Notes under the pieces: generated by a model | Seen by the model: the letters and a program-made list of their open reading frames with translations, nothing else | Told to the model about the DNA's origin: nothing | The model's database searches: none | Program-made: the position numbers and the translations under genes | Origin: an uncultured Fibrobacterota bacterium | GTDB lineage: Bacteria > Fibrobacterota > Chitinivibrionia > Chitinivibrionales > FEN-1185 | Assembly: GCA_963753345.1 (NCBI GenBank) | Contig: CAVWBU010000041.1 | Span: forward strand, 225,323-289,322 | Length of the DNA stretch: 64,000 nucleotides | Direction of reading: 5' to 3' | Shown: positions 20,747-29,911 of the stretch, piece after piece | Position numbering within the stretch: position 1 is the stretch's first letter | How the letters are laid out: each line of letters opens with the position of its first letter

Positions 20747-21091
20747 ATGGAAATCGGCGGCCGGGAATCGAACAAGTTTCATATCATCGATGTTGTCGGA
20801 AAAATAGACAGACTCAAGGACTCGATCATTCTCAAGTCGTACATCAACACGCTGCTTGAGAAGAACATTCTCAACATCGCGCTCAACCTGTCCCAGGTCA
20901 CCTATCTCGACAGCGGCGCGCTCAACGTTCTCATTTACAGCCACAACACCCTCAAAAAACGCGACGGAGTGCTGGTCATTATCGAACCGAACGAATACGT
21001 CAAAGACGTGCTCGACGTTGTTGGACTCAACAAACTGGTCAAAATCTACGCGACCGAGGAGGAGTTCGAGAATGAAACAAAGCGTGGTTAG
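20747..21091 (+). CDS. STAS-domain anti-anti-sigma factor
   Basis: LNLSQVTYLDSGAL signature. Confidence 0.9.
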   Translation: MEIGGRESNKFHIIDVVGKIDRLKDSIILKSYINTLLEKNILNIALNLSQVTYLDSGALNVLIYSHNTLKKRDGVLVIIEPNEYVKDVLDVVGLNKLVKIYATEEEFENETKRG

Positions 21092-21419
21092 CGTCCTTAC
21101 CTGCATGCTGGTCCTGGCAGTGGCCGGCGGCTGTTTCATGAAGCCGTTTATCAAGCCGACCCAGGAAAAAATCGATCAGTATCTGCAAGCCCACCCGGAC
21201 CTTCCCGATCTCGACAAGCAATGCATCACCGACGGCAGGTTCGAAGTCGGCATGAAAGTGGAAACGCTGGAATTCCTGCTTGAAAAGCCGGACAAACTCG
21301 AAGTCGTGAAGCAGCCGTGGGCCACCCAGGAGAACTGGATCTACAACAAGAACGGGAAAAAGACGTTCATCATCGAAGAGAAACATGTGGTGGGCATTCT
21401 CGAAACGGCCAAGAAATAG
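21072..21419 (+). CDS. Putative lipoprotein
   Basis: MKQSVVSVLTCMLVLAVAGGC lipobox; overlaps STAS stop. Confidence 0.7.
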   Translation: MKQSVVSVLTCMLVLAVAGGCFMKPFIKPTQEKIDQYLQAHPDLPDLDKQCITDGRFEVGMKVETLEFLLEKPDKLEVVKQPWATQENWIYNKNGKKTFIIEEKHVVGILETAKK

Positions 21420-21495
21420 CGGCCGCTTCCGTTTGATGTAAGCGCATCAGGGCGAGAAAACCATCTCGCCTTTTTAATTTGCAAAGGGATCTGAC

Positions 21496-22128
21496 GTGCA
21501 CATTTTCGACATTGTCTGCGGGTGTGTTGCGCTCATCTTTGTCATTCTCGGCATCAGGCGGGGGCTCGTGGAGGAGGTGGGCCGCGTCGCGGCCGTTGTG
21601 GGCGGCTTTTTTGCGGCCCTGTCGCTGTACCGGCAGGGCGCCGTGTACCTCAGGTTCCTGCGCCTTTCCGACACGGTGCTGTCCATTATCGCATTTCTGG
21701 TGATCTTCCTTGCCTGCCTCATTGTCATCGCGTTGCTCGGCATGGTCATCAAGAAGATCGTGCACTTCACCATGCTGGGCTGGGCCGACCGCCTGTGCGG
21801 CGGCCTGCTCGGATTTGTAAAGGTCTTCTTCCTCGTGTGGATCGTCGTGATCGCCGTGCGGTCTTTTCCGATCGGCCGCGTGCAGAACTGGTTCAAGCCC
21901 TCCATATCCTATTCGTTCTTCGTTGCGATATCGCCCGTTTTGCGCGCCCGCGGGCTGATGCCCTCCTACGGGCCGGTGCAGAATATTCTCAAGGCGAACC
22001 CGGTTCCCGCGATCACCAAAGCGATCGAAACAGCGGCGGCCGGTGCGGACTCGGCGCTGCGGAAGCAGGAGCATCAGGCATCTGTCAAGAGTCCCGCCAA
22101 ACCGGCCGCAAAGGCCCCGGCACGGTAA
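21496..22128 (+). CDS. cvpA: CvpA family membrane protein
   Basis: GIRRGLVEE, LGWADRLCGGLLG, 4 TM segments. Confidence 0.85.
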   Translation: MHIFDIVCGCVALIFVILGIRRGLVEEVGRVAAVVGGFFAALSLYRQGAVYLRFLRLSDTVLSIIAFLVIFLACLIVIALLGMVIKKIVHFTMLGWADRLCGGLLGFVKVFFLVWIVVIAVRSFPIGRVQNWFKPSISYSFFVAISPVLRARGLMPSYGPVQNILKANPVPAITKAIETAAAGADSALRKQEHQASVKSPAKPAAKAPAR

Positions 22129-22136
22129 GGGGCATC

Positions 22137-22955
22137 ATGGACCTTTTCTTTTCCATCGTTTCGGTTCTCTTCGGCCTTGTACTGGGGTCGTTTTTCAACG
22201 TCCTCATTTACCGCCTGCCGCGACGCGAATCAATTGTAAAGCCCGGATCGCATTGCCCGAACTGCAACAGGCCGGTAAGGCCCTGGGAAAACATTCCCCT
22301 GGCAAGTTTCGCGTTCCTGCGGGGAAAATGTGCGGGCTGCGGCTGGAAGATTCCCCTGCGCTACCCTCTTGTCGAGGCGGCAACCGGCGCGGCAGCGCTG
22401 GTGCTTTACATCTGCGTTGTTGCCCCGGCTGTCAAGACCGGGCTCACTCCAGTGATCGCGGCAACCCTCGCGCTTCAGGTGATAATCCTGCTGCTCATGA
22501 TCCCCATCGCGATCATCGATTTTTCGCACTTTATCATTCCGGAGGTGATCACGGTGCCGGGAATTCTCCTCGCGGTCCTCGTTTCGTTCCTGCCCGGCGG
22601 CATAACACCTCTGCAGTGCGGCCTCGGCATTCTCATGGGCGGCGGATTTCTTTACAGCGCGGGATTTGTCGGACGGCTTGCATTCAGGAAAAAGGAAACC
22701 ATGGGCTTCGGCGATGTGGAATTGCTGGCTCTCGCAGGCGCCGCGTTCGGATGGAAAATCGCCTTTCTGACCATATTGTTCGGGACGCTTGCGGGACTTG
22801 TCGGCGCTTTTGTGATATGGCGCATGGGGAAGCTGGCAAAGAGCCACATCATGCCGTTTGGCCCGTATCTTGGATTTGGGCTCTGGGTCGCCGCGCTGGC
22901 GGGAGATCCGATTGTGAAGTTTTATTTTTCCATTTTCGACAGGCTGCTTAGGTAG
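22137..22955 (+). CDS. pilD: Prepilin peptidase (A24)
   Basis: GSFFNVLIYRLP, SHCPNC, GKCAGC, MGFGDV, MPFGPYL. Confidence 0.92.
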   Translation: MDLFFSIVSVLFGLVLGSFFNVLIYRLPRRESIVKPGSHCPNCNRPVRPWENIPLASFAFLRGKCAGCGWKIPLRYPLVEAATGAAALVLYICVVAPAVKTGLTPVIAATLALQVIILLLMIPIAIIDFSHFIIPEVITVPGILLAVLVSFLPGGITPLQCGLGILMGGGFLYSAGFVGRLAFRKKETMGFGDVELLALAGAAFGWKIAFLTILFGTLAGLVGAFVIWRMGKLAKSHIMPFGPYLGFGLWVAALAGDPIVKFYFSIFDRLLR

Positions 22956-23490
22956 GGCGAAGCCGGTCTTTGAGGGTCAAGGAAATCTAATAATAGAATC
23001 AAATTCAAGATATGGAAGGGCCTAGCCGGCCCTTAGACCCGCCAAGGAAAATGCTTATTAAATCGCCCCACCAACCTCCCCCCGGGGAGGCTTTTTTCAG
23101 ACGACTTTTCAAATTTCATGCCCAATAACGCAAGCCAAAAATACAGGGTGCGGTAATTCTAATTTCGCGGATTGATAAAGTGAAGTGTTTATCAGCAAGA
23201 TTTTTCCAATTAGGCAAATTATGTGCAGTGTGTGCAATGACGGTATTCACCAGATACTTATTAATGCTTTGGACTTGAATGGATACAACATTTTTACTTC
23301 ACAACTGCCGCTCCAAGGGTGCGCGCTTGTGTAAATCCATTTCCATATTTTCTCCCTCTCCCCATGGGAGAGGGCGGGGTGAGGTTTTCGGCCTTGCCAC
23401 AGACCCAACCACGCTGCACCCCGCGAAGCTCCTAAAAGAATTTGAATTTATTGGTTTAATTGTGGCAATTCTCCCCATAGTCCGCATGCA

Positions 23491-24846
23491 ATGACAAACA
23501 CATCACCAAAACAAACCCTCGGCGGCGTGGACATCGGCTCCCCGATTCTTCGTCAAGCACTTGTCTACAGCCTCTGCGACGGCATGTTCGCCTCGGTGAT
23601 GACCGCCCTTGCCGAAACGTTTTCGGTGGCCGCGGCCGTGCGCCTGCAGGCGCCCGCAATGACCATTGCGCTGCTGGGCAGCGGGCCGCTTCTGGTGGGC
23701 TCGGTTGGTCAATTCCTTTTGCCGCTGTTTCTTGACAAAAGGCATTCGCGCAAACACTATGTGGTCGCCAGCGTGCGCGTTCAGGCGATGTTTCTGATAC
23801 TGGCGGGCCTCACGGGCTGGCTCCCCCCACCGCTCAACGCCTGGGCCTACGTATTCGCCTTTGTGCTCTACGGCTCGTCGGGAAACCTCTTTGCAGGGAT
23901 CTGGACATCGTGGCTGCGCGACTGCGTCCCGCCCGCGGTTCGCGGAAGGCATTTCGCCTGGAGAAACAGGTTCTTCGCGCTCACGCAATTGCTGTGCGCG
24001 ATAACCGTCGGCGTGCTATCGCGCAAATACAGCTCCCAGAACGCGCCCTGGATGTTCTTTACGGTAATCTTTTTCGTCGGGAGCCTTTTCCGGTTCGGTT
24101 CGGCGCAGTTTCTGTCGATGCAATACGAGCCGAACCCGTCCTGCCTGCCGGACAGATCCCAGGTGTTCGGCTTCAGGCCTTCAAAGAACTTCCTGTGGTT
24201 CTGTGCCTCGGTCGCGCTTTTACAGGGGACCACGGCCATTGCAGGGCCGTTCTTCAACGTGTGGTTTCTCCGCGACCTCAGGTTCGATTACCTGACCTTC
24301 ACCATAGGGACTGCGTCCATGATCGTCGGGACCATCGCGTTCCTGCCGGTCTGGGGCAGGCTTGTCGACGCGGTAGGAACGTCGCGCGTGCTGCGGATAA
24401 CCGCGCTCATGTGCGCGTTTGTGCCCGTTCCGTATCTGTTCGGCTCCACCCCGCTCGTGGTGTGGCTGTCCAACTTCTATTCGGGCATTTCGTGGGGCGG
24501 GTTCAACATTGCAAATGTCAACTACCTGCTGCACATGACCGAAAAGGACAAATCGGACCACTACATCGGATTCGCGGCGGCCGTCACCGCGGTATCGATG
24601 TTCGTGTTCAGCCTGCTTGGCGGCTTTCTTTCCACCAGGCTCCCCCTTCTGTTCAGCTATGGGCTTCAGACGCTCTTCTTCGTTTCCTTTGCGGCGCGGC
24701 TTGTGGTGGTCCTGTTCTTCTTCAGGAAGTTCCGCCAGCCCCAGATGAGAGTGGAGGCGGGCGCAGTCGAACTTGTCAATGAGGCGGGCTGGTACAGACT
24801 GGGAATGGAAATCATACGGCAGGTGTTCAGGCCGGTGGGGAAATAG
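23491..24846 (+). CDS. MFS transporter
   Basis: About 12 hydrophobic segments; WGRLVDAVG motif-A-like. Confidence 0.85.
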   Translation: MTNTSPKQTLGGVDIGSPILRQALVYSLCDGMFASVMTALAETFSVAAAVRLQAPAMTIALLGSGPLLVGSVGQFLLPLFLDKRHSRKHYVVASVRVQAMFLILAGLTGWLPPPLNAWAYVFAFVLYGSSGNLFAGIWTSWLRDCVPPAVRGRHFAWRNRFFALTQLLCAITVGVLSRKYSSQNAPWMFFTVIFFVGSLFRFGSAQFLSMQYEPNPSCLPDRSQVFGFRPSKNFLWFCASVALLQGTTAIAGPFFNVWFLRDLRFDYLTFTIGTASMIVGTIAFLPVWGRLVDAVGTSRVLRITALMCAFVPVPYLFGSTPLVVWLSNFYSGISWGGFNIANVNYLLHMTEKDKSDHYIGFAAAVTAVSMFVFSLLGGFLSTRLPLLFSYGLQTLFFVSFAARLVVVLFFFRKFRQPQMRVEAGAVELVNEAGWYRLGMEIIRQVFRPVGK

Positions 24847-24849
24847 GTT

Positions 24850-25341
24850 ATGCCTTGGTATCTCCGCATCCTGGTCGGCACGTCGCCGCGGCGAACGCTC
24901 GTTCGCACGGCAATCGTTGCCGTTGTCGCCTTTGTCCTTTTCCGGTACTTCTTCATCCCCATTCACCTGGCGGGCGCAAGCATGGAACCTGCGTTTAAGG
25001 ACGGGTCGGTGAACATCGTCAACACGTTCAGCTACAGGTTCCGGCCGCCAAGCCGGGGTGACGTGGCAGCGATAAGATTGGCTGGCACCCGGGTGATGCT
25101 CTTCAAGCGGATCGTAGGGCTGCCGGGCGAGCGCATCGGGTTTCGCAACGGGGTCCTTATTGTCAACGGCCGCGAATGGCCGGAGCCCTATGTCGTATAC
25201 CGCGAGAAGTGGAACATGCCGGAGGTGACGGTGGGCAGCGGAGAGTATTTTGTCGTCGGCGACAATCGCGGCACCGATATTTCGGGCCACGCGCTGGGAA
25301 GGGTTGACAAACGCAGGATCGTGGGAGGGCCGCTGTTTTGA
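24850..25341 (+). CDS. lepB: Signal peptidase I
   Basis: GASMEP, FKRIVGLPGE, VGDNRG. Confidence 0.9.
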   Translation: MPWYLRILVGTSPRRTLVRTAIVAVVAFVLFRYFFIPIHLAGASMEPAFKDGSVNIVNTFSYRFRPPSRGDVAAIRLAGTRVMLFKRIVGLPGERIGFRNGVLIVNGREWPEPYVVYREKWNMPEVTVGSGEYFVVGDNRGTDISGHALGRVDKRRIVGGPLF

Positions 25342-25847
25342 GAATACCGGGAAAGGCAGTTGCTGTTGTCGTCCTGATGGCGGCCGCGGCCGTGGTGGTG
25401 TGGCTCGTGACCCAGGACTGGGACCAGCGCCGCATCCGTAAGAACCTCGACCGCCTGGCCGCAGCCGCGTACAAGCCGCGGGGCGCGGCTATCGAAGGCA
25501 TGGACCTTTTCAAGCGCGTCGCAATCATCCAATCGCTTTTCACCACGGACTGCGTGATTTCCGCGGGCGAGCCTGCTCCGGAGATGAAAGGAACGGACGA
25601 GCTGTGCGCGCTATTCGCACAGGGAATCAAGACGGTTAAGGAGCTCAAGATCCTCTTCAAGGACGTATCGGTGACCGTGGCGCCCGATCATCTAAGCGCA
25701 ACAGCCGCCATGACCGTGGAAGCGATCGGCGAGGACTTTTCGGAAGGCAATAGAAAATTCGACGCGAGAGAAGTCGAGGTGGCCTGGAAAAAAAATGAAG
25801 GCAAGTGGAAAATAGCGGGGGTGAAGGAGGTGCAGACACTTCATTAA
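25338..25847 (+). CDS. NTF2-like membrane-anchored protein
   Basis: N-terminal TM, C-terminal WKKNEGKWKI; overlaps lepB stop. Confidence 0.6.
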   Translation: MRIPGKAVAVVVLMAAAAVVVWLVTQDWDQRRIRKNLDRLAAAAYKPRGAAIEGMDLFKRVAIIQSLFTTDCVISAGEPAPEMKGTDELCALFAQGIKTVKELKILFKDVSVTVAPDHLSATAAMTVEAIGEDFSEGNRKFDAREVEVAWKKNEGKWKIAGVKEVQTLH

Positions 25848-25890
25848 GATTGAAAAAGTTTGCCGCGAGTGAAGAGTACGGAGACTTGGA

Positions 25891-26433
25891 CTATGATGAA
25901 AGTAGTTGCCTGTTAGCAGTTAGGATATTCAAGTTTGTGGATGAAAAATCTGAATCATCTGTTATCAGTGTAAGATTATTTTCCCCACATATGCTTTCGA
26001 TCACTTGGTCATTAAAGTCGGTTGTTCCGGTCTCCATATGTTGGAGCATGCTGTCAATATCTAGTGTGAGGAATTTTGACTCCACTCGTGTGCAATAGGC
26101 AAGTATGCTGTTTACTGCTTGCCTTAAATCCACCACAACCGAAGTAAAAGTGGGAGTCCTTCTGAACTCCTTGAAACCAATATTTCTGTTACCGGTTTGC
26201 ACCTGTTCAAGTTTTGCGTATCGATATACAAATTCAGACAGTACAATCAAGTCTATGTATACGGCACAGCTCATGTTGCACATATTGCGCCATGCGGCCG
26301 AGTAAATACGTGTTCTTCGAGGTGTGGCTGGTGATGGACCATACACAAGTAGCCATATGTTTGCATCAAGAAAAATGCGCTCGTTTGCTAAAAAAGTATA
26401 AGTTTCTATGTCCTGTACGTTTCTACTCATCAC
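25891..26433 (-). CDS. PIN-domain nuclease
   Basis: IFLDANIW, VLSEF, DFNDQVI, LITDDSDF acidic tetrad. Confidence 0.85.
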   Translation of the reverse strand: MMSRNVQDIETYTFLANERIFLDANIWLLVYGPSPATPRRTRIYSAAWRNMCNMSCAVYIDLIVLSEFVYRYAKLEQVQTGNRNIGFKEFRRTPTFTSVVVDLRQAVNSILAYCTRVESKFLTLDIDSMLQHMETGTTDFNDQVIESICGENNLTLITDDSDFSSTNLNILTANRQLLSS

Positions 26434-26779
26434 TACCCAACTCCTGTTTCGCAGCTTCCTGATAGCGTTGTGGATTTTTGAAGAAATCCTTTGCCCTATC
26501 CACTACCCTCTTGAGGATGATAAGGTCTTCCGGTTTAGCATCAATTGGAGGAAGCATAGTCTCCTTTAATCTCTCTTCACTAAAAGTCCCATAGAGTTGC
26601 CCAACGGCACTATTAAGGAAGGATGATGTAAGGTCCCTTACTCCATCAAATGAAAGGCGGACTTTGTCACCTTTGTCAAGAGCGGTTTTTATCCGTGTGT
26701 AGACTACCTCACCGTCCTTGGCAGACACACATAGGCCGTCCTTTATGTCGAATGCGATTTTAACGACTTCTTCGTTCAT
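26423..26779 (-). CDS. STAS-like (DUF4325-type) protein
   Basis: VRLSFDGVRDLTSSFLNSAVGQL; overlaps PIN start. Confidence 0.8.
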   Translation of the reverse strand: MNEEVVKIAFDIKDGLCVSAKDGEVVYTRIKTALDKGDKVRLSFDGVRDLTSSFLNSAVGQLYGTFSEERLKETMLPPIDAKPEDLIILKRVVDRAKDFFKNPQRYQEAAKQELGSDE

Positions 26780-26808
26780 ACAGGGTGATTCTCCTTCTGA
26801 TACTGATG

Positions 26809-27708
26809 CTAAAATATACTATTCGGGTCAACTTCCTCCGCAAGGCAATACGACCTCTTGTCAGCTGTATTTATTTCTATATTGACTATAGTACCCGGGA
26901 AACTCTTGCAGAGCGTTCTAAGCGACTCCTTGTTGTCATGAAAGCACCAGTATCCAGAATCGGAAACAATAAGGATTTTGCCGCCATTGAGCGTAATGAA
27001 TTCTTTGATTAGCTTAAGCCCCAATCCACCAGGCCTTCCTTCTGTTGTTTTCTTAGTAGTATTATTCTCTTGGAGCGTCCACCTTATGGCTTCCTTGGAT
27101 GTAAGATCAAGCCCCAATTCATTGAATATGTTCTTACGCATACCAATTCCGAGGTCAACAATCGAGAAATCCAAACGGTTCTGCTTGGGAAAATACTGTC
27201 CGCAAGCAAAGATGCCCCTTTCACCTGTAGACGAATGGTCCACCGCATTCTGATATAGTTCGGCGATGCTTTCCCTGAATTTCTTATGGAGGGCCTCACT
27301 CATGTTTGGTATCCCTTTGCCCACAAAATGCTTAGCAATATACTCTCTAAATACCTCCGTCTTACCAATTTCAAATCTCTGATATTCAATGGTAGTTCCT
27401 TCCAAATCTTTCTCTCTTGGTACGTCAAAACCAAAATTGGTAAGAAAACCATTAATTGATAGCTCGTTTCGTAAACCGTGCCTCATTTTGAAAAGCCTGA
27501 TATTTCCGCGACCTACAAAATGGAAAAGAATGGCGCCAAAGGGAGCACACATGTTCGCATCCATCCAATCCACTCCAGCCATATTAATCTCTAGCGTGCC
27601 ATCATGGCGCGCTTGTACAGTGTGGTATAGCTTAATGATCCGTTCAAAGCCTTTCAAATCCGTGTAGATGGATCGTATTGAGATTTTCATATTGGGATCT
27701 TTAACCAA
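26809..27708 (-). CDS. GHKL/HATPase-domain protein with STAS-like N-terminus
   Basis: ELYQNAVDH (N box), DLGIG (G1), GGLGL (G2), FPGTIV. Confidence 0.82.
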   Translation of the reverse strand: MVKDPNMKISIRSIYTDLKGFERIIKLYHTVQARHDGTLEINMAGVDWMDANMCAPFGAILFHFVGRGNIRLFKMRHGLRNELSINGFLTNFGFDVPREKDLEGTTIEYQRFEIGKTEVFREYIAKHFVGKGIPNMSEALHKKFRESIAELYQNAVDHSSTGERGIFACGQYFPKQNRLDFSIVDLGIGMRKNIFNELGLDLTSKEAIRWTLQENNTTKKTTEGRPGGLGLKLIKEFITLNGGKILIVSDSGYWCFHDNKESLRTLCKSFPGTIVNIEINTADKRSYCLAEEVDPNSIF

Positions 27709-27924
27709 AAGCCTAATTTGGTATATCGGCCAACCGGTTAAGAGAAAGTAGAAATTGGAGTTGTTGCGCTCAGGCTAATGGGATTTTTTGCGCGCCATGG
27801 CAGTATGTATATTCAAGAAACTCAAATTCGTCGCATTCAGGGCAATAATATAGTATTTCTGCGTTGGTTGTTTGCTTTTTTCCATTCGGAAATACCTACA
27901 GGCGATTCACATAATCGAGGTAAT

Positions 27925-28251
27925 GTGGTGGCTACCAATTTAGAAATCGGAATGGCTGGCGAAAAAGCTGTTGTCGACTACCTAAGAGATGCGAAAGGGT
28001 TTTCCAATATTATTTGGGATACCACACAGTCTGGCGCATCAGACATAGAGGCTGTGGGAAGCAAAGTTCGGCTCCTCATCCAGGTAAAGACAAGCGTTCA
28101 CCCGGACAAACCTGTGCAACTAAGCAGTGAAGAACTAAGTGCAATAATATCCCGCGCATCTGCGAAAGTAGCACAGGCATGGGAGGCCAGAGTTGTGCTG
28201 GATCGCAATCTAAAACCCAAGGGTGACGTTGAGTGGAGAAGGCTCTCGTAG
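27925..28251 (+). CDS. Small PD-(D/E)xK nuclease-like protein
   Basis: GMAGEKAVVDYL...SDIEA...IQVKTS; GAGG upstream of GTG. Confidence 0.7.
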   Translation: MVATNLEIGMAGEKAVVDYLRDAKGFSNIIWDTTQSGASDIEAVGSKVRLLIQVKTSVHPDKPVQLSSEELSAIISRASAKVAQAWEARVVLDRNLKPKGDVEWRRLS

Positions 28252-28281
28252 ACCGATGGGCGTTTTCTTTCTTAACTCAGC

Positions 28282-29637
28282 CTACGCTTTCGTTCCCAGC
28301 CCGACGCCGCAGTAAACGGCCACTTTCGCGCGGAATGCCGCGTCGTAAATCCTGCGTCCGTCGATGATGACGGAACGCTTCATGAGCCTGTTGAACGTTT
28401 CCGCGCCCAGTTTCTTGAACTCATCCCATTCCGTGACCACGATACAGCAATCGGCCCCTTTGAGGCATTCCTCCGTGCTTGACGCATAGGAAATCCTTAT
28501 CGTGTCCTTGATGAACTTCTTCTTGGCATTGGGAATGGCCACCGGATCATAGGCGACGACATCAGCATCTTCGGAAAAGAGATGGTTTGCTATCTTGACG
28601 GCAGGCGACTCTCTCATGTCATCGGTTCCCGGCTTGAAGGAAAGTCCGAGCAGGGCGATCCGCTTCCCCTTGAGGTCACCGAGCGCCTTGCGCGCGAGGC
28701 TGACAACATGAGTTGCCTGCTCGATATTGACTTCCTCAACAGTCTCAAGAATGGCGGGTTCGATCTGCCTCAGTTGGGCGAAGGAGATGAGCGCCTTCAC
28801 GTCCTTGGGGAAACAGGAACCGCCGTAGCCGGCCCCGGCGTTGAGAAAGACCGGATTGATGCGCCAGTCCGCGCCGATGCCCTTGACGACTTCGTAAATG
28901 TCGATTCCCGGAATGGTCTCCGCAATCCTGGCCATCTCATTGATATATGAGATATTCATGGCCAGAAACGTGTTGCGGCCGTACTTGACCATCTCCGCGC
29001 TTTCCAGGTTCATCCGGAGCACGGGCACCTTCTGGCCCTTGTACAGTTCATTCGCGAATTCCTCCAGGAAATCTCCGGACCTTGTGTCGAACTCACCGAC
29101 AACCACGCTGTCGGGTTGAGAGGTGTCCTTAACCGCCGCTCCCTGTCGCAGGAACTCTGGACTCATGCAGACGCCGAAGTCCTTTCCCGCTTTTTTTCCG
29201 GAATGTTCTTCAAGAAGGGGAATGATGACATTGCGAGTCGTGCCCGGGACTATGGTACTGCGGGCAACGATAACGGAGTATTTGTCCTTTTTCTTCAGGG
29301 CCTTCCCTATTGCAATTGCGGTGTCCCTGACAAGGCTCAAATCCGCTTCTCCGCTCACCAGGCTTGGCGTGCCAACGGCGATGAAGCAGATATCGGCATT
29401 CAGGACCGCCTCCTCCCGACCGTGCACCGCCCTGAGCGTGCCTTTCTTCACCGTCCTGGCAATGATAGGCTCAAGATCATTCTCAAAGAAGGGCGCTTTG
29501 CCCGCATTGATGGTGTCGACTTTTTCCTTGTCCTGGCTCGACGTAAGGACTTTGAAATCCCTGTCCGCGAATACCGCCGCCGCGACCAGTCCCACATACC
29601 CGGTTCCCAGGATCGCGATGCATTTTCCCTTTGCCAT
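28282..29637 (-). CDS. UDP-glucose/GDP-mannose dehydrogenase family
   Basis: GTGYVG, AVGTP, PEFLRQG, GYGGSCFPKD, FKPGTDDMRESP. Confidence 0.95.
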   Translation of the reverse strand: MAKGKCIAILGTGYVGLVAAAVFADRDFKVLTSSQDKEKVDTINAGKAPFFENDLEPIIARTVKKGTLRAVHGREEAVLNADICFIAVGTPSLVSGEADLSLVRDTAIAIGKALKKKDKYSVIVARSTIVPGTTRNVIIPLLEEHSGKKAGKDFGVCMSPEFLRQGAAVKDTSQPDSVVVGEFDTRSGDFLEEFANELYKGQKVPVLRMNLESAEMVKYGRNTFLAMNISYINEMARIAETIPGIDIYEVVKGIGADWRINPVFLNAGAGYGGSCFPKDVKALISFAQLRQIEPAILETVEEVNIEQATHVVSLARKALGDLKGKRIALLGLSFKPGTDDMRESPAVKIANHLFSEDADVVAYDPVAIPNAKKKFIKDTIRISYASSTEECLKGADCCIVVTEWDEFKKLGAETFNRLMKRSVIIDGRRIYDAAFRAKVAVYCGVGLGTKA

Positions 29638-29776
29638 GACGAAGCTCCTTTGCAGATATGGAATGATAACACCAAGAAATTTCTGATTCAGGCCGAAGAA
29701 AGATCTTGACTGATAGGCATTATTATTTTCGGAAGCGGGCGGAAGTGTTCGGTATTGGCTGATTTCAAGACTAGAT

Positions 29777-29806
29777 AATATAGGTGTCTTGGCGCGTCAT
29801 TGTCAA
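29777..29806 (-). promoter_or_regulatory. Sigma70-like promoter TTGACA-18-TATATT for the sugar dehydrogenase gene
   Basis: Exact hexamers; same consensus seen 8 times in the window. Confidence 0.65.
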
Positions 29807-29911
29807 ATTCGGGAAAAGCGGGCAAGGTCAGCGCCGGCTATCAAGAGCGCGAAGCGCCATACCTTTGCATTGGGAAGTGAAACGACAAAGCGCGAAGGTC
29901 GCAAGGCCACC

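Noticed and set aside
22960-23490. Riboswitch or small gene upstream of the MFS transporter
   Set aside because: Only short GC hairpins (for example ctctccccatgggagag); no recognisable aptamer or coding signal
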